NCBI RefSeq assembly: GCF_009914755.1
Contig: NC_060934.1
Strand: one strand, 5' to 3'
Source of the DNA: the human T2T-CHM13v2.0 reference genome, Homo sapiens
Length of the DNA: 64,000 nt
In this document: positions 59,284 through 64,000 of the stretch, piece by piece
Layout of the letters: the number at the start of each line of letters is the position of its first letter
Numbering within the stretch: position 1 is the stretch's first letter
Made by a program: the position numbers and the translations under genes
Notes under the pieces: generated by a model
The model's input: the letters and a program-made list of their open reading frames with translations, nothing else
Database searches by the model: none
What the model was told of the DNA's origin: nothing

Positions 59284-60929
59284 CATGTCCTGCCTTTAAG
59301 CCTTGCCCCTTCCACTGACTCTTGGCTCCCAGGGCCCAGTTCCTGGCTCCTCCCTCTCCCAGACTCCCTGCCCAGGGCTGGGCACACAGTAGGTCAGTGA
59401 GTAGGGCCCCCAGCACCACCTAGAGGAGGGGAAACACATGGCCGGGACCTCCCTGCCCTGGCAGGGTCTGCTTATTTTTGCTCTGGCCCAGGGTGTTGGT
59501 AGAGCCACTGCCGGGCACCAGAACAGGCAAGAGCTGAAGACTGACAGGTTCTTTCCTGAATGATGGGACATGCAAGGGTAGTCAGCTTAGCGGCTTCTCC
59601 TCATGGCCTTGTGCCATCTCTGTTCCCATCATAAACACCTCCAAAGCAGGTGGGCACGTGTCCCGGCACCGATTATGTAACTTGTTGCTTCCGAATGTGG
59701 GGCCACCCCACTGCTTGGGGTGAGAGGTTGCCCATCTGGTTTTTCTAAGCCTTACCCATCAAGTGGTGCAGTCTTGGGCCGAGGTTGGTCCCATGGTGTT
59801 CTCCCATGGCTTGGGGCCCCAAACACTGCCCTGACCTCTAACTTGGTATCAGCTCACTCAACTGTGACCTTTGCCGTCCCTTCTGCGGAGGGTGTTCTAA
59901 CCAGCTCCTGTGTCTCGAGTTTCATCTATTTCAGGGCTTCGACACAGCTGGGCTCACTGATGGGATGGTTATTTTGGAGCTGCTGGCTGCCTGCAGCTGC
60001 TCCTGACCCTGAGGGGTGGAGAGGGAGAGAAGACAGACTTGGGCTGGGCACTGGCCCTAGGGATTCGTTCCGTTTTTAGCTGTTTCCCAGCAGCTTTTGT
60101 CCCTCCCCTCCCAACTCTAGCAAGATTTCAAGCAAGGCTAAAGGGATCCTCTTCCTACCCCCTTCTCTTTGTACATCCTCCACTGTTTCTCCTTTCTTTC
60201 TTCTTTATCCTCTCACCTCTACATTTTAGCTGCTGCTTCTTGGTCTTTGGTGATTTCATTCAATGAGTATTTCCTGGGTACCCATCATGACTGATGTGAA
60301 ATCCTGCATTAAGGTTCAAAAAGCCCATGGTCTGAGGACAGGTGTACCTGACTTTTAGTTGAGACTGTGCTCAAGCCAAGCAAATACTAATATCTGAAGT
60401 TATCGGGTAGCTTCTGGGTGCTGGGGGTGGTCCCACTTTACCTCGGATCTTTCCAACAACAACTCAGGGCAGGTATTATTACCCCTATTCTCTAGGTGAG
60501 AAATTTGAGGCTGGGAGGAAGGTTGCTTACCCAAAAGCCACCAGCCAAGTGCTGGATCAGACATTTAAACCTAGGCCTGATCCAGACCTGGATCACCCCA
60601 AAGCCCATGCACTTTCTTCTGAATCATGTGGCATTTCACATGCCAATAACAACGGCTTATATTAACCTAATGACTGTGCCAGGTCTCCTATTAGGTGCCC
60701 TGTGTACCTTACTCCTTTTCATCCTCACAGCGTCTCTTCTAAGGGGAGTATTAGATACAGATTTTATGTAAATCAGTAGATGCTGATTTCACTGCTGAAG
60801 AGGCCCCAAGAAGTTCAGCTATTTGTCCAGTCATATAGCCCTGTCATACAGGAAATGGCAGGGCCAGGATTTGAACCTAGACTGATGACTTCAAATTCAT
60901 TGCACTTAACTGTGCTCCTGTCCTGCCTA

Positions 60930-61340
60930 CTAGTATATGAATGTTGGTTACTGAAAAAAACCTAATGTACTTTTAGGTTGCATTATTAGAAGTATAGCAT
61001 ATATACCAAGGGAGGTGATGGCCACACTATGCCTTGAGCTGGTTGGTGCACATCTAGAGTACTGAGTCTGGTTTTGTTCATTATCTAAGAGGTGGGAAGG
61101 TGTGTGGGGACTCTGAGTATTCCCTGAGAATTGTCTTCAGTACTGGGCTGATAGGCAGCTCAGGAGGTAGTGGGTTAAATACAGGGAGGTAGATTTTGGT
61201 TTAAAAGAAGGAAATACTCTTTAAAGACAGATTAACTCCACAATGGAACAGGTTGCCTGGAAGTTAGTGAGCACCTGGTAGTGTGCATGTTTAAGTAGAA
61301 GGGGACTCCTGAAGGGGCAGAGAGACCAGGATAGCTTGCA
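60930..61340 (+). mobile_element. L3/CR1 LINE relic
   Basis: aaaaaacctaatgtacttttaggttgcatta...gggaggtgatgg...catctagagtactg and aatggaacaggttgcct...gtagtg resemble the CR1 RT 3' region. Confidence 0.6.
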
Positions 61341-62746
61341 TCCAGCCCCATTAAGAGCTCTGTTCTGAGGGTCTGCCCAGCCCCAGGAGCTCTGGACTGA
61401 TTGTCCTGAGGGGGTGCTGTGGGCCCTGTGACAGCTGTGTTCCTGGAGGCTCTGGCTGGACATCTCTGAGCGACCTGATTCCTCTTCTCCCTGCTGTTAC
61501 TGCCCCTTCCCCTCTCTGTCTCCCACCCTCTGAAGTTCCCAAGGGTCAGTGCCTGGAATCCCAGAGGGGTGAGGGAGCAGGGACTGTTCCCCAGGGTCCA
61601 GGTCAGCCCACTGGCTTTCCCCCACTCTGCACCATTTGTCTCTCCTACCTCCCCCCTGCACAGGCCCTCCTGGCCTCTGCCTCTGCCTCTCTGCAGCCCC
61701 CCAGCCTCTATGCACCATCACTGTCACAGAGTCAATTCCCTGGAATAATCACATTTTCTGGCCGGCTCCCTCCTCCTCGCCAACACGATTCCAGGAAACC
61801 CCAATCAGCCAGGCCCCAGGAGGCTTCTCCAGAGCTTCAGGAGGCTTGGGGGGAAGGGCCCACACCCAGAGCTTTCTGGGGGCCAGACAACACAGTTCCT
61901 GGAAGGGGCAGTGAAAGGGTGAAAGAAAAGAGGGAGGTTTAGTGACCATGTCTACATTCAGTTGGAACTGAATTTTGGCCTCTGCTGTCCCTACCAGACC
62001 AATCCCCCAAGCTTTGCTGTCATACCTGAGAACCCCAGCCATCCTTAACCCAGTTCCTGAAGAGACAGCACAGATTCTCCCTTGGAGAGGTTCAGGGAGA
62101 AGGCCCAAAGGAAGGGATCGGTCCATGGTGCGGCTTACAGTGGCACCAGGCATATTTGGAGAGATTGACTCACGCAGAAAGGCTTCAATAAACAAGGAGA
62201 GTCTGGAAGTGAAGAATGCGGCATTAGGAGTTGGACAGACCTTTTTTTCAATCCTGGATCTGCCACATGGCGGCTGTCATAACGCCGCTGAGCTTTATCT
62301 GTAAAACGGGAACACTTCCACGGGCTGCCGTAAGGATGAATTGCAGGGGTAATTCATGGAACATGGTGATCACTTTTATTGAAAGTTATAGGACTCCATA
62401 AAGCAGAACATAACACAGCCATCAGAAGAATATGGTGTTGGAAACAGTTATTGGCATGGAGAGGTGTTCAGATGCTGGGGATAAGATGGAAGGAGCCCAG
62501 GAGTTAAATTTTTGAAAATTTTGAAAAAAGCTACCAGGGTTCTTAGCCTGGAGTCCTTGCCCATGAATGGCTTCATGTAGTTCATGAATGCCGAGAAATT
62601 ATCTACAGAATTTAGTGAGAATGTTCATTTTTCTGGGGAAAAGGGTCAATGTCATCACATTTTCAAAGTGATGTAGTACATATAAAAGGTAAAAAACAAG
62701 TGATGTTTATATAGCATGACTCAATTTTTGCACTAAAAAAAGTAAC

Positions 62747-63018
62747 CAGCTGGGTGTGGTGGCTCACACTTCTAATCGTAGCACTTTGGGAGACTGAGGC
62801 AGGAGGATCGCTTGAGCCTAGGAGTTGGAGACCAGACGGGCAACATGGCGAAATACCGTCTCTACCCCAAAAATACAAAAATTAGCTGGGCGCGGTGGTG
62901 CATCCCAGCTACTTGGGAGGCTGAGGTGAGGATGGCTTGAGCCTGGGAGGCGGAGGTTGCTGTAAGCTGAGATATCTCCACTGCACTCCAGCCTGGGCCA
63001 CAGAGCAAGATCCTGTCT

Positions 63019-63050
<32 letters not shown>

Positions 63051-63067
63051 CCAAACAAACAAAAAAC
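62747..63067 (+). mobile_element. AluJ with a long pure A-tail
   Basis: Diverged Alu dimer with a ~30-nt A run. Confidence 0.88.
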
Positions 63068-63699
63068 CCAAAAATACAGCCTTTAAAAAGGCCAAAAGAT
63101 CATACATCCAAATATTAAAAATGCTTTTCTCTGGGTGGTGGGCTTATAGGCGATTGTTTTTTCTTTTTGCTGAACTGAATTTTCTACAAAATACCGTTTT
63201 ATATTTTGTATAACTTGTATGATTTAAAAAAGAACGATGAGTTTGATTCCCTGTTAAGCCACTTTCAAAAGGGTATCTTGGATAGATCTACTTCTCAGCC
63301 TGTGTCCTGACATGGCAATGGTAGCCTCAAAAGGTGATTGTTAAGGTTAGATGAGACAATGTACGCAAAGAGGGTGTCTGTGTGTTTGCTGGGGGGTGGT
63401 TGCTCCCTGGCTTTCCAGGATGTTAGGCCTTCGTCAGTGCACTCGACAGACGGTTACTGTTTGTCAACAGAATGCTTGGCGCTGTTCTAGCTGCTAGGGA
63501 TAAGACGGAAGGAGCCCAGGAGTTAAATTTTTGAAAATTTTAAATTATGAGGAATACACGTTTACTGTAGAAAATGAGGAAGTACACATATGCATATAGC
63601 AAGCACCTGTGAGCATTTGGAAGCATCCACATGGTTTCAGTTTCGGTGCTTCCCCCCACCTATTCCTCTGCTTAAACAGATGTCCTGCAAGAGTCGTTT

Positions 63700-64000
63700 C
63701 TTGACTGTGTTCGCTAATTTATGTCACAAGCATCGTGTGCGCCATTAGCCATCCGGGATTGTAACGGTGCGCGCGTAGGGACCGGACAGCGGGGCGCGCC
63801 GGGGCCGCCTCCCGAGAGCCCTGCGTGACACTGCCCCGTGTCTCCCGCGCAGATAGCGAGCTGGTGCTCCCGGACTGTCTGCGGCCGCGCTCCTTCACCG
63901 CCCTGCGGCGGCCGTCGCTGCGGCGCGAGGCGGACGACGCGCGCCTCTCGGTGAGCCTATGCGACCTCAACGTGCCGGGCGCGGACGGCGACGAGGCCGC
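63700..64000 (+). promoter_or_regulatory. NEURL1: Intragenic CpG island over the exon 4 acceptor
   Basis: Very high CpG density from ~63730 to the window end. Confidence 0.8.
63853..64000 (+). CDS. NEURL1: NEURL1 exon 4, 5' part (truncated by the window end)
   Basis: Acceptor tctcccgcgcag|, phase 1. Encodes (D)[48 protein letters not shown]. It is absent from the ORF track because it has no start codon and runs off the window. Confidence 0.96.

Noticed and set aside
63775-63795. GGACAGCG resembling a REST/RE1 site
   Set aside because: Right half-site only, with no TCAGCACC left half.

Overview
Primate (most likely human) genomic DNA inside the NEURL1 gene (neuralized E3 ubiquitin ligase 1) on the + strand. 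Identification rests on the translated exons matching the NEURL1 NHR1 region as I recall it. The window contains coding exons 2 (50189-50430) and 3 (50818-51139), the start of exon 4 (63853 to the window end), and a CpG-island alternative first exon (ATG 34704, MGGQITRSTLH, donor after 34737) that splices in frame to exon 2. The canonical exon 1 lies upstream, outside the window. The first ~20 kb is a nested transposon stack: a heavily deleted HERV-H provirus with a tRNA-Phe primer site, and a nearly full-length old L1 peppered with Alus. The most unusual feature sits inside that L1. It is a MER41 endogenous-retrovirus copy built like a processed mRNA (R-U5-internal-U3-R-polyA, 12-bp target-site duplication, probable splice junction), which implies L1-type retroposition rather than integration as a provirus. 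The remaining ~44 kb is GC-richer intron with MIR, L2, L3 and Alu relics, a strong CTCF motif, several motif clusters and two dispersed ~59-bp duplications. No prokaryotic-type system (CRISPR, operon) is present, and nearly all listed ORFs are spurious. Repeat boundaries and subfamily calls were made by eye and are approximate.
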